Below, piece after piece: positions 1 to 11,779 of a stretch of DNA of 64,000 nucleotides. Position 1 is the stretch's first letter, and every line of letters starts with the position of its first letter. The DNA is from Elsinoe ampelina (taxonomy: Eukaryota), in NCBI GenBank assembly GCA_010093995.1, contig ML992501.1, forward strand, positions 2,545,320 through 2,609,319. Reading direction: 5' to 3'. Made by a program: the position numbers and the translations under genes. The notes beneath the pieces were generated by a model. It saw only the letters and a list, made by a program, of their open reading frames with translations, had not been told where the DNA came from and made no database searches.

Positions 1-205
1 ATACACCATCGTGAGTATATTATCGCCTTTTTGGGCCTGTTAGTATATCGAAAAGTACTGCCACATGTGGGATATACTATGGTCGAATATGTTACGTGCA
101 TACACAGTGTGTGGTACTACGTGGCAGCTCCATGTTGCGGCTCTTTTCATTACGAGCGTGGCTCGACAGTGTTGGTACAATGGTAGACCAGGCTTGTGCT
201 AATGT

Positions 206-712
206 TCAAGCTGCAGGGCGGGTATATACAGTGTCGCTGGAATAGTCCTTCTCGGGTCCCTTGACCAGATGCTTCAGTCCCCACATGGTGAGCTTGTCGC
301 CGTCTATTCGAAAGTCGTAGAAAGCCCAATACATATCGTTGACGCACAGATGGTCACCCCTGGCGACCCACCGATCGTGTTCCAGATCAAATTCGAGTTC
401 ATGGTAGAGATAGTCTACATCATCCTTGCCGTCAACCTCTTTCACGAACCAGGCAGAGATCTTTTCGTCGTCCGGAGAGAGCCGATATATGTACTTACGG
501 TTCGCATTGAGTTGGAAGCCTTGGTCAGTCACCAGAGTGCCGACTTCGTGGTAGAGGTATGCCGACTTGTTGAATGCTTCTGAAGGGCTGAAGGTTGCTG
601 TGCCCTCGAATGTGCCAGACGGGTAACCTGGTAGTTTGGAGGTCAAGGTTCGTCGAAGATTCCATTTGCCGGCCAGGCCGTTGAAGATGACCTTCAAAGG
701 TGCTTTGCTCAT
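206..712 (-). CDS. DUF6314-like hypothetical protein
   Basis: 168-aa ORF with GKWNLRRTL..GTFEGTATF, YLYHEVG, RKYIY, HLCVNDMY and VKGPEKDY segments, recalled as typical of this fungal/bacterial family. Confidence 0.7.
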   Translation of the reverse strand: MSKAPLKVIFNGLAGKWNLRRTLTSKLPGYPSGTFEGTATFSPSEAFNKSAYLYHEVGTLVTDQGFQLNANRKYIYRLSPDDEKISAWFVKEVDGKDDVDYLYHELEFDLEHDRWVARGDHLCVNDMYWAFYDFRIDGDKLTMWGLKHLVKGPEKDYSSDTVYTRPAA

Positions 713-721
713 TTTGCGACA

Positions 722-989
722 GGATCAGCCTGGTATTTTGCCTGAAGATCCTACCAGCCTGGTAGTTTGGTTGGAGATTCTACCAGCCTGGTAGTTCGAT
801 TTGAGATGTCACCAGCTTGGTACCGGTCGGAAACACTACAAGTCTGGTATGGGTCGGGAATACTACCAGACCGGTTGATCAGTGGAAGAAACTACCAGCG
901 ATGGTACGCCCAGGGATGACACTTGGAAGCTCTTATGGGTACTTGGTGTTCACCCTGGTAGTAAAGGAGGAATGCTACCACCTAGAGGT
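722..989. repeat. Phased array of 15-bp palindromes (CTACCAGCCTGGTAG), period 27-29 bp
   Basis: Perfect units at 751-765 and 780-794; variant units at 722, 809, 836, 863 and 892; weaker ones near 947 and 975. Confidence 0.8.
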
Positions 990-1301
990 CATACTTGTTC
1001 AGTTCCTAATTCTTGGATATTGGCTCCGGTAATATGCAATCATCTCGCGAGTGTGTTGTCATTGTTGAGGCTTTTCCAGTGCGCCGCATGAAGCATTCCT
1101 TCGGTGGTCCGTGCATCCGGTCTCGAGTTTGTGGTCTTTGGCTGGGATGAGCTGCACAGTCAAGTTGCGGAATGAGCTGAGTTCATTGTTGGAAGTGCTA
1201 TAGCTATGGACACTGTTATCAAGTCTCTCTTCGTCGCCAGTCATCGTCAGGCCTGCAATCTTATCGCGATGTACGAGACCTCCACACCTTACGCGATTCG
1301 T

Positions 1302-1592
1302 CTATTTGCCCTCCAAATCCTTGAGGTCCTTCTCGTCCTTGGCCAATTGCTCCTTTGATGAAGCAATCTTTGCCTTGAGCTGTTTGAGCTTCTCCTGCTC
1401 CTGCTGCTTGATATAAAGGTTCTCCGAAGCTTCCTCGCGCTTGGTGAAGGCATCGCCCTGCGAAGCACCCCCCGATCGTGGCGCACCGGCGTCACCACCA
1501 GCCATTCTTCGAGCTGCTACTGAGAAGGATGCGGTCTGAAGTCGTGGAGCGGAGGAGCGGACGGTGCGGAATGTCCTGAGGGCGGCAGTCAT
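1302..1592 (-). CDS. INH1: Mitochondrial F1Fo-ATPase inhibitor (IATP/IF1 family)
   Basis: Arg/Ser/Thr-rich presequence, then GDAGAPRSGG..GDAFTKREEASENLYIKQQEQEKLKQLK and a coiled coil. A branch site and acceptor (gctgac..ccag) just before the ATG suggest a 5'UTR intron. Confidence 0.9.
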   Translation of the reverse strand: MTAALRTFRTVRSSAPRLQTASFSVAARRMAGGDAGAPRSGGASQGDAFTKREEASENLYIKQQEQEKLKQLKAKIASSKEQLAKDEKDLKDLEGK

Positions 1593-2099
1593 GACTGGAT
1601 GTGTCAGCTATGGTCGACCCCTGGCCGTGTGTAGTTTCGCACTTGTGGATGAGCTTGTGAGCGAGATCTGTGCTTGTTGGAAATATGCTTGCGTGATATT
1701 CTCGAGTTTTCAGGTTGATATGGAGCTGTGGGAAAAGTTATCCTCGTCCAAACTCGAACGAAGAGCTCAGGTACGCACCTCAGCAACGTCAGAGCGGGTC
1801 TAGCCGTGATATTCTTGTGCCCAAAAATCGCGGGATAAGCTTGGCGTTTTAGATAGCTGCACCCACCAAAATCCACCAATATTTGCCCATTTCGTGAATT
1901 ATTCATCCATCTCGCATCCATTTGAAGCCGAACTGGTCTATACTATTAATCCATCTCGGAGGCCAAGTTAGACATCTATCTAGCGCAAATTGGACCCTAT
2001 CTTAGATTACGAACTAGACGCGAGCTAGATTGCTATCTTATAGCGCTATAACTATCTCAGCTATCTATCTAAGATTAATGCGATCTCTAAGCCTTTTTT

Positions 2100-3085
2100 G
2101 AGAATAGAAGGACAATAGATAGCATATATAGGCTTATACCTTACCTCTTACGTAGCGCTATTAGCTAGAGGTGTAAAAATTAGCGTAATACTAGCTATAT
2201 TAAGCTTCTAATAGCCCTCTAAGATAGGGGTTAGCTAAGGACCCTTACTAACGAGATACTTAATAATCTTAAGCGGCTTATAATAGATAAGCCTAATATG
2301 TACTTAGACAAGTACGTAGAGTACCTTAAGCTTAAATAGAGAGTATTAGTGTTATAATCTACTATTAGTTATAGCCTCCTTTCTCGAGATTTACTACTTA
2401 AGGTAATAGGTCGGATTACTAGCTAGAGAGACAAGGGATTATATAGTACTTAGCGTAAGGATATTAAGTACTATTAGAGCAACTAGCTCGTCTTTGTTAA
2501 CAAGGCTATAGTAAGCAAAAGGTGCTTAATAAGGCGCTAAGGTCGTACTACACAAGGCGTACTAGTAGTAGATTAGATAGGCCGGCATATTAGTAAGCGC
2601 TTCTTAGTGCTTCTAGCTATTACTAAGGAGGGGTAGTTAAAGGATCCTATAGTCTTCTAAGGCTTAATTACTACTAAGATCTTCGAGGATTAGTTTTAGA
2701 ACTGCCTAATACTATAGTATATACCTTTTCTAGGCCCGTAGTCAGTAGTAGTACTAGATAATTACTCGATTCACTAGCGTGAAGTAAGCAAAATCGAATA
2801 TAAGTAAGCGCTAAGCTAACACTTTAGGTACTTATATATATTGCTTGTAGTTATAGGGTCGCTATTATCTTCCTACTAGCCTATTTACTAGATCTTAATC
2901 TAATAGAGAAGAGCTTCTACCTATTAAAGTAGTAGATGCGCTATTACTACTACCTTACGCTAGAGTAGCTATTACTAGAGTATTATAGCGATTTTATAGA
3001 CTTTATACAAGAGGCAGCTAATAGGTTTAGCGACAGTATAGATTAGAAGGCTATCTTTAGGAGTTGCGCAGTAAACGTGTAATAT
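2100..3085 (+). pseudogene. RIP-inactivated Tc1/IS630-type DDE transposase (boundaries approximate)
   Basis: Reads LVFVNKA (de-RIP LVFVDEA, ~2488-2507), PFLGP*SVVVLDNYSIH (PFPGPRSVVVLDNCSIH, ~2725-2775) and, after a probable intron, FLLAYLLDLNLIEKSF (FLPAYSPDLNPIEKSF, ~2870-2917). Confidence 0.85.
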
Positions 3086-3227
3086 TAACAGAAGGACTAT
3101 ATAAGCTTATTATTATCTATATTAGTCTTAATATTAGTCTTATTATTACGCTACGTATTATTCTATAGTGCTCTATTAATAGGTGGCAAATACTTACGTA
3201 TAAACCTCTAGAGAGACAACTAGATAA

Positions 3228-3733
3228 CGTCACGAAAACACTTTTCGTGGGGAATTGCATTAGATTGCATTAGATTGCGTTAGAAATGGACCTAGAGGTT
3301 TTTTTGCTTAGAAGTGCTTAGAAGTGAATCAGAACTACGTTTTTCTACTTTCCTGCTTTCAATTTAGAGTTTCTTGGCATATATTATATATTATAATAAA
3401 CTAGAAAAAATTCTACGTTTTTTGATATATAATTTGCTTATGTAATATAACTAGATTATTTTTAGAATTAGACTTAAAGTTTAAAACCTTATTTACTAGT
3501 ACTTAGAGTAGTATTATGTAAGCAAACTATATATCAAAAAATGCAGAATTTTTTCTAGTTTATAATAATATATAGGGAAAGTAAATTTACTCTAAATAGA
3601 CACGTAAAATCGCGAAAAACGCGAAAATAGTACGAAAAATAGTAAGGTAATATAACTCTTTTAGGATTTTCCAACGCAATCCTAAGCAATAAACCTAATT
3701 CCCTAACTCCCTACGAAAAGTGTTTTTGTGACG
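3228..3733. mobile_element. 506-bp foldback MITE with CGTCAC termini and 2-bp AA target duplication
   Basis: TIR cgtcacgaaaacacttttcgtgggga (3228-3253) vs 3708-3733 (2 transition mismatches); AA at 3226-3227 and 3734-3735; internal inverted arms ~3386-3447 / 3512-3573. Confidence 0.85.
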
Positions 3734-5909
3734 AAGGCTACAAAGGCTAAATTGTAGTATAGCCTCTTTAACATTGTTCTTTAATACCTTTTAAAGTAGC
3801 CTTATATTCTAATAGCTATACTTGAGGTCCGTAAAGGTGGCACTAAGCTGTGCTTAGTAAGCCGGATTTTTATGCTTAAGAAACTCGAAAAATTGGTAGA
3901 GGTAGGCTAGAGAGTTAAGTCCCTTAGCGTATAAGGAGAATCTATTACTTTAAGAGTATAGTAACCTTAAACTACGTTAAGCTAGATAATAAGAGTTAGT
4001 AGAGGTATTAGTAGAGGTCGGAAGAGGTGCTATAGGACTATAGCTATTTATAAAGAATTGTTAGTAGAGAGGGGGGGAGTAGAGGGGGTATAGTAGAGCC
4101 CTAGAGAAAGAGAAGAAGAACTAGCCTTTAATACCTTAGCGTTAGTTATGTTGTTTCTAAATCTAGTAATAGGCCTTCTAAATTTGCTTAATTACGTACT
4201 TTAAAGGCTGCTAGATAGTCGAATTGCTAGTGTAGAGGTCCTTACGCTATGTAAAAGCCACGTCCTTAGTAATAGAATAGTATATAATCGACTTAGTGTT
4301 ATCTATAGGGAAGTACGCTACTCGACGCTTATTTAGATAGTACACGCTAGTACAACTCTAAAAACTTCTTATATTAAGCTAGAATTAGTCTCGGAAGTGC
4401 GTCTTAGCCTAGTAATTACGTGCTAAGTTAGTGTGCACCTCCCTAAGGTTGTTCTAGCTTATTTAAGCATCTAGTAGTACGTACTTAGTCGGCGGAGAAG
4501 GCGCTAACTACTAAGATTATAACACCTCTAGAGAAGCGCTTAGCGTGACTAGCGTAACTAGCACCTCTACCGCTAGTGTAATCTATAACTCTCTAACAAT
4601 AAGCTTAAGGTACCGGACCTTAATATTGCTATAAAATTACAGCTGCTACTTAAGTCTATAATAGGAAGAGTCGAGGGCACTAAAGTCCTTAAAGACGGCG
4701 CATAGTTTAAGGGTATTTACACGGTTAAAGAGCTTAGCATTACAGTCCTTAATACGTGACTCGACCCCTATCTCGCTAGTAGTATAGTCGACGAGGCGGC
4801 TTAAATCTAGCTAGAGGCCTAATAGACCCTTAGTAGTGTTCCTAGCACTCTCTACGTTACTAATTATACCTCTATTAAGTTCGGTAATTCACTGCAAAAG
4901 GAAATTAACAACCCGTAGCTACGAGGAGGCTAGTAGTAAAGTCTTCTACTAGCTTAACACTTGCCGACTCCTCGGCGACAACGACATAACACTACGAGCA
5001 CTAGAGAAGTTAGAAATAGAGCGCTAGGTACCTTTCTAACTCTCTAAAGCCCCTTGTAGTGTTTGTTTGTTTATATTACTATCTTATAGTACTCTAAGAG
5101 GTTGTTAAGAGTTACTCTTAGCGTAAGTATAGGTTCTTAGACTATTAGTATTCTTAGCTCCCTTTTTTAGCTATCTTAGTAGAGTCTTTTTAATAGCCTT
5201 TATAACCGGCGCGTTCTTCTCTTTACTAGTTTCTATAGTTGTAGCTTAAGGTTTTCTTCTCTTACAACTAGTCGGCAGTTTCGAATAGATAGGCTTAGGC
5301 TCGAAGGTAGATAGTAGCTTGCTAGCTATTAAGTAGCTAGAGCGACATAAATTACTTAGAGAGTGTTTATTAGGCTCCTCTAATGCTAGAGAGTCTTAAA
5401 ATCGAACGTTCTAAGCACTTAACCGAGTGTTACTATCGCTTAGCGGAGTAGGTGTTTACTCTAAGTTCGAGAGCGGCAACGACCTTCTAGTAGCTAATAA
5501 AGTATACAATTGTATTACGCGTTAGATAGAACGTATAGTTAACCTCTCTTTATTAATCTTATAACTACTCTCTAGCTAAGGAGTTAGAGATTACTTAGAA
5601 CTCTCGATTAAGCTATCTAGTAGTAGTAATACTATAGAGAATTCAAGTAAACTATTTAGAGCGCGCTAATAGCTAATTCGAGCTTAGGTAGAAATATCGG
5701 TTAATAGGGACATTAGTACACCCTTAAATCCTATATTAGTTAGTTATCTAGCTTGATTATAGCTTCATAGGGGGTGTAAACCGTGTTAGGAGTATTATTT
5801 AGGGGTAAATTAGTGTCTACGTCACGAAATCCCTAAGCGTAGAGAGTTAGAATATTAAGTTTCCCTACGTTAGACTAAGTTCAACTACGTTAGGTCGCTG
5901 TAAACGCAT

Positions 5910-5995
5910 CCCACCTACCTGAATTTAGTTTAACACACCTCTACCTACTTAAATTCAGTTTAACGCACTAAACCTACCTTAATTTAGTTAAAGGC
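5910..5995 (+). repeat. Subterminal ~30-bp tandem repeats of the Plavaka element
   Basis: Three copies resembling acctacc/ttgaatttagtttaac.cac. Confidence 0.6.
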
Positions 5996-6169
5996 GTTAG
6001 CGAGATTAAGCGTAGAAGCGCTTTTGTAAGGGTATAAAAGTAGACATTTCCTACTTAGTTCTCTACCTTCCGATATAAGTAATAGACTAAACTAAAATAA
6101 CTTTGTTTTATTATACTCTACTATCTCTACTCTACTACTAAGGGGCTTAGTGTTATTAGCTATAAGTAG

Positions 6170-7750
6170 TTTTATGCGACTATCTAGCTAGGGACTAAGC
6201 TTATTCGCAACGAGAAGTAGCTCTATATAGCTATCGCCTATAAGTTCTACTACCTAGTAACTCGTATCGTTACTAGTGTAGAGGACTCTTACGGAGTAGT
6301 ATTCCTAAGCTAGAGTCGTAAATGTAAAGTAGCGTTCCTAGAAAAGGAGTTTGTCGTAATAGCTAAGACTAGGTATAAGATAGAGTATATATACCTTTAG
6401 GTCTATTCTAGTAGCTATTAGTCTATAGCGGTTATATAGGAGAAGAACGACAACGAAAGCTAGATATACTACGTTAACGGCGGCCGTAGTAGCGAGGTTA
6501 AGGCCTACTCTAAGAAGATTAACACTAATATAGATAGGTATAAGAGATGTAGTAGATATCTAGTTTAGGTTAAGCCGACTTCTTTTAGGTCGACTAACAC
6601 TAACTAGTACACCTACTAGAAGACGTACTTTAGGGCCGCTAAAGAGTAGCTTAAGAAGTAAGGCCTAATAGATCTCGGCATACTCTCGGAGTAGCCTAGA
6701 AGGTAGTACTAGAGACATCTACCCTCTATTAAGGGGAGCTACCTTATCCTTATACCGCCCCCTCGATTGCCTCGCTACATAATATAGCTAGCAAGGAGGT
6801 AACTACTAATAACTATAGGCTCCTTCCCCTCTCTCTCCTTAACCTCCTTCTAGCTTAATACTAGCGTTAGCCTCTGCCTTGCTAGCCTATCTAGTACTAG
6901 TTCCGGCAATTAGAGAAGTAAAGGAAGTAGCGCCTAGGTTAAGCTTGCCGCTCTTAAATATAGTACTATATGTCGAAGACAAGGCCACCTCGAAGCGCAC
7001 TAATCTCCCTAGCGTGACCCGCTGTAAAGTCGTGTCTATAGTAGATAAGGTAGTAGTAGTAACTTCCGCGGAGGACGTAGTAGTAGTAGCTTTAGCTACG
7101 GTGTACCTCTCTATAGCGGAGAGCGTAGATAAGAGTAGAGAGGAGAAGAGAGATATCCCCTACGCGGAGGCAAGTATAATAATACTTTCTTTTACTATAT
7201 CCCGCTACTCTACTATAACTACTACTAAGTAGTAGTAGTAGTAGAGCTAGTAATAGTACGTATAAGGATAATCTAGTTTATAATCTTATAGACAGGATCT
7301 GTCGCACATATTATGTACTAATAATCTTATAAGTAAATACTTACGATCTATATAGATATAGAGAAGACTTTAGGGGACAAGAAAGAGGCTACTCGCTATA
7401 CTAACGAAGATAACGCCTAAGTTTTCTCTCCTCCTAGGCTTAAGCGGCTCTATACCTATATTACGTAGCTACTTACAGTTATAGTTATATACTATATTAT
7501 CCCCTACTCTCTAGAAGGCGTTAAGTAGGAACTCTCTAGCGTTATTACTCTCTATAGAGGTAAGTCCTTCTTCGATAAGCTTCCCGTAGCTAGAATAGAT
7601 ATTAAAATCGATAAGCATCTTTCGGAGAGAGTCTTATAAGCTAGTCTTATCGGGGGACTTATAATAGAGAAGGAGTAAACCTCTTAGATCGCCGACTTAA
7701 GTCTATCTACGAAACTAACCTAATAACTACTTATTTACCTACACTTTTCA
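6170..7750 (+). pseudogene. RIP-degraded cargo ORF, possibly with a Ulp1/C48-like protease domain
   Basis: One frame is interrupted mainly by TAG/TAA of RIP type; IYL*VYSSSY*SIAVI*..IYYVNG de-RIPs to I.L.VHSSGHWSMAV...IYYVDG at ~6389-6481. Confidence 0.35.
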
Positions 7751-7959
7751 CCGCCGTTGTAAAATATGCATAGGATACCTAAACTTCTTAAAGGCCGAGA
7801 GATATCTATAACGCCTCGCTATAATTTTCTAAGCTATTGTAATTAGTATAGGGGTAAACTGGCCCTTTAACGGGAGATCGTTATAAGGCGTCTTATGCTG
7901 CCTACTATATATAGTTTAGCGACTAACCTAATAACGTACAGGTGTAAACTAACTAGCTA

Positions 7960-10900
7960 GAGTAATACCTACGAATATTATCTTATCTTTTTTACCTAAC
8001 ATAGTTTAGTAGTCGACCTAAGCGTACCTAAGGCGAGGCAGTTAACGTAAGAGACGACCGTTCTAGCTACAGAAGAAGTGCTTAAGCTTCGTTAATGCCT
8101 CTTACGCTTGCTAACTACGCCTAGGGATCTTAGCCTCTCTCGTTTAGAAGCCTTAGCTAGGTAGAGCTACTTAGACTCCTACGACTTATTCTATAGCATG
8201 TTATATATGTTAAAGTCGGCCGTATTATTAATATATATCTAGCTATTCGGCCTTGTCTTATCTACTAGCACAACGTGGATACTATAGTAGATTTGCGAAG
8301 TAGAGTAGACACGCCTACTAGTAAGTGTGTTTCGTCTAGCTCTATCGCGTCGATTCGTCTAAGGCTTAATTAGTGTTATACTATGCTCTCGATTAGCTAC
8401 TCTATCCGGCCGAGTAGGCTAGTATAGATCTACTAGCGCTCCTATATAGTATAGGCGTTAACGTCGACTCGATCTACTAGACTAGAAGCTATCCTCTATA
8501 GTTATTATAAACACAATTCGAGCTAGTAACTTACCTTAGAGACTATTAGGTAATACTCTAATAGTGCCTTCGTTATTCGTTGTCTATTCTTATACCTAGA
8601 GCTAGTCTCGCCTCTTATTGCTACGTATCTCTTACTATTTAGTTATACACTAGATAAAGTTTAGTTTGTCTATATTAGAATTATTAGGATTATAGTCGGA
8701 TAGCTTTCTACACTTTAAAGAATAGTAGAACTTAACGTAGAGGTCGCTAACCTAGGAAGAATCTAGTTCGAGTCTATCGGGATCTAGTTTAGCGTCGAAC
8801 TAATTAGAGTATTTAGTTATTAAGCTAGAGCCTATGTCGGCTATACCTTAACGAGCCTCGCGGACAAACACTACTATTACTTGCTACAATAATAGCCTAG
8901 GTAGCATATTAATAAGCGCCTCTAGTTCTCTAACTATACGCTATATAGCCTCCCCCTTAGTACTAGGCTAGCCGAACTAAGAAGTAACATTAACTGTATT
9001 ACTTACGCTAACCGGCGTACTCTAGATCTTAATTAGTTTAGTAGCCGATAGCCTAACTAACTTCGAGGGGTCGTCGAATACTACTAATATATTTGCTAGT
9101 TTAGTGTTATAAGTAGTAACCTAGTCTTCCTATCTAGCCTTCTTATTCGTAAGTTTAAAGGCGTCCTTAATAAAGCGAACATAGTTATACTCTGAATAAT
9201 TAGAATCGAGGCTAGTAACTACTTCGAAATTATAGATAGCCTTTAAAAAATGTATTATTAAGTACTATTTCGGAAAGTTAAAGTTACTCTCTTCTTTTCT
9301 ATCGCTATAGTAGGCCCGGAAGGTCTCTTTATACTTGTTTATTCTAAAGAGCGCGAGGTTAATATACTAGAGTATATTATTGTTGTAGGTCTTATAGTTC
9401 GCTAGTAATATAAAGTCAACTAGTGCGTATATAAATTTAATAGCTTAAGGCGCCTTAACCTTCTTAAGTAATAGCATAAATACTAGGAGTATCTAGCGTA
9501 TAATACTCTTCTACTCTTAACCTATCTATTACTTAACGGCCAAGTAGTACGGGAAGTGTCGAATGCTAGGAAACACTAGTATACTATCGAAGCGCTTATC
9601 GATAATATTAAGCATAATCTTCTTTGCCGAGCGCTAGTAGCCTGTTCGCTATATAGTCTCTCTAGCCCTTATATACCGTAGTAATTTATATATAGGTATT
9701 AAATTCTAGAGCAATTTTCAAATCTAGTATAGGACGTACATTAAAACGCCTTTAAGAAGTTAGTATAGAATATCTAGCACTATCGCGTAGTAAATATTAG
9801 TACACGGAAGATCCTACGTAAAGTAACTAACCTTATAAACCTAAGAGCTCGTATCTAGCTTTTCGCTCTACTACTAACTCTCGCGTGCCTCTCTCTATAA
9901 GCGCTATTATTGCTACGTAGAGTAGTAAGTTCGGAACGGTGTAGTAACTACTAGGTCCTCTCTCTCGTCTTTGCTAATAAGGTAGCTTATACAATAATAC
10001 AGTAACTTTACACCTGTTATAGTGACCTATTCGGCGTAATTCGTAGGTATAGCGGCAAGTATAGAGAAGCACCTCCGCCTCTTTCTATCTATATAGGAGA
10101 TTATTTTGCTCTCTCTTAAGTAACAATCAACGACGGGGTTAAAGATTTTCTTTATATAAGTGTAGTAGATCTTCTTCTTAACGACATTTCTACTGTCTTT
10201 AATAATAGAAAGTAAGCCGATTAGTAACTACCCCGGCTAGTTGTTGCTATTACGTGCTTCTACCTTTAGGTTGCCTAATAATAGATAGACGGCGTGTGCT
10301 ATAAGATCCTCTTAATAGTTTATTACCTAGGTCTAATCACTCGCGACGATTAATGGGATAATAGTAGCTCTAGCTATCCTAAGTCGCTCTTGTACGTCCT
10401 ACTACTAGTCGCCGCTTACTATTTCGGTGTATACTTGTCATAGTAGCTTACTCTCGACAGCTTCTATAAAGACTCTATATAGGCTATAGTCTATGTCTAC
10501 TACGAAGCTACAATAACCGAGTAAGAAGCGTATCGCTAGAAGAATATCTAGATACTAGAACGTATGTCTTTTAGGCCCACGATTAGTGTTTAGTATAAAG
10601 CTTAAGGTCTGCTAGCTATTAATACCTCCGGCCGTATCTAAATTTTCTATCTTCTCTACTAGTTCATTCGTAGTTCGCTAACTAAGGCTCTCTACTAGAG
10701 GTTATATACGTAGGTCTTTAAGTAATTACGTAATTACGGCTTTACTAAGTTTTTCCTTAACGAGCTACTAGGCAAGACTAGCGTCTATGCTATTAATAAA
10801 GGCTTCCTTTAGTTAAGTATCGCCTAACTAATTATAATTTAGTTTATTATATATGTCGGTGTACATGTTATGCACTTAAGGAGATCTAGATAACGTTAGT

Positions 10901-11630
10901 CGACGTAGACTAAGCATAAACTATATCTATTACTAACTCTTCGCTACTAGCCGGTATACTAGTAACTGTCTCGAACGTAATACGATCGGATGTAGCTCTA
11001 CTAGACGAGGACAATCTCCTAGCACTCCGCCCTATAGATGTACTGCTAGTTATGCTTGCTGTAATTACTTACTCTTCCTCGTGCGTACCTTCCCTTATAA
11101 CCTCTTCTATGCCCTTCTCTTCCTTATACGCGATGTGGCCGAGCCTACCGCTACTATCGCTGTCTACTTTACGTGCTAGAGGATAATAGTCGAGGTTAGC
11201 AAAGAGACTAAGGGGATCGTCCGCTATAGTATGCTATATAGTAGGCGAAGAGGGGAGGACACCCCGCGCTAACTATAGACTATTGTCTCTACCTCGTTGT
11301 TTAGTTCGGTTCTTAGTCCTTGTAGTTAGCGGCGAAGTTAAGTAGACTACTAGGTCATTTAGCGTCGGCGGATTATGCTATGCATTGCTACTAATACTAC
11401 GTCGTTAGTCTTTATTAGATAGTAAGCGCTCTTCTCTATTAGAGAAGAGAGAGTTATTACTAGCGTTATCTTCGCGGAGATATCTATTAGTACATTAATC
11501 TAGTAAGACTTACGCCTTATTACTTATTAGTAGCTCTCTCCTCTAGTAATACAGTAGATGTTAGACGAGGCCTCTACTAGATTATATAATCTTTCTATAG
11601 GCCGAGCATTTAGTAATACGCTTTAGCATA
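7960..11630 (-). pseudogene. RIP-inactivated Plavaka transposase (boundaries approximate)
   Basis: Ordered motifs after de-RIP: FWY.DIL.AIRFLLG (~10520-10560), YTEMVSGDWWWDVQERL..GATIIPLIVASDQTQ..AVYLSLGN (~10270-10435), PDILHQLLKGV (~9745-9780), IDKRFDS.PVFPGIRHF..QWTG (~9520-9605), FNFPKWH..H (~9255-9285). Confidence 0.9.
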
Positions 11631-11779
11631 TTAGTTCTTATTATTTAATATTTACATTTGTAGTTAGAATTAGCACTTCGGATTTGTAACGATAGTAGGA
11701 AGTAAGACGTTTAGGCGCTATATTATATTAGTTTACCTAAAAGATAGTTTAACATATACTAGCACCTAAATCGGTCTAC

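Noticed and set aside
722..989. CRISPR array
   Set aside because: Repeats (15 bp) and linkers (12-14 bp) are too short, linkers are partly related to each other, there are no cas genes, and the context is eukaryotic
6879..7232. Short ORFs in RIP blocks (also 13434-13688, 14325-14540, 44500-44724, 48461-48667) as functional genes
   Set aside because: They are stop-free remnants or antisense shadows of RIP-mutated transposon genes, rich in Ile/Leu/Tyr/Ser
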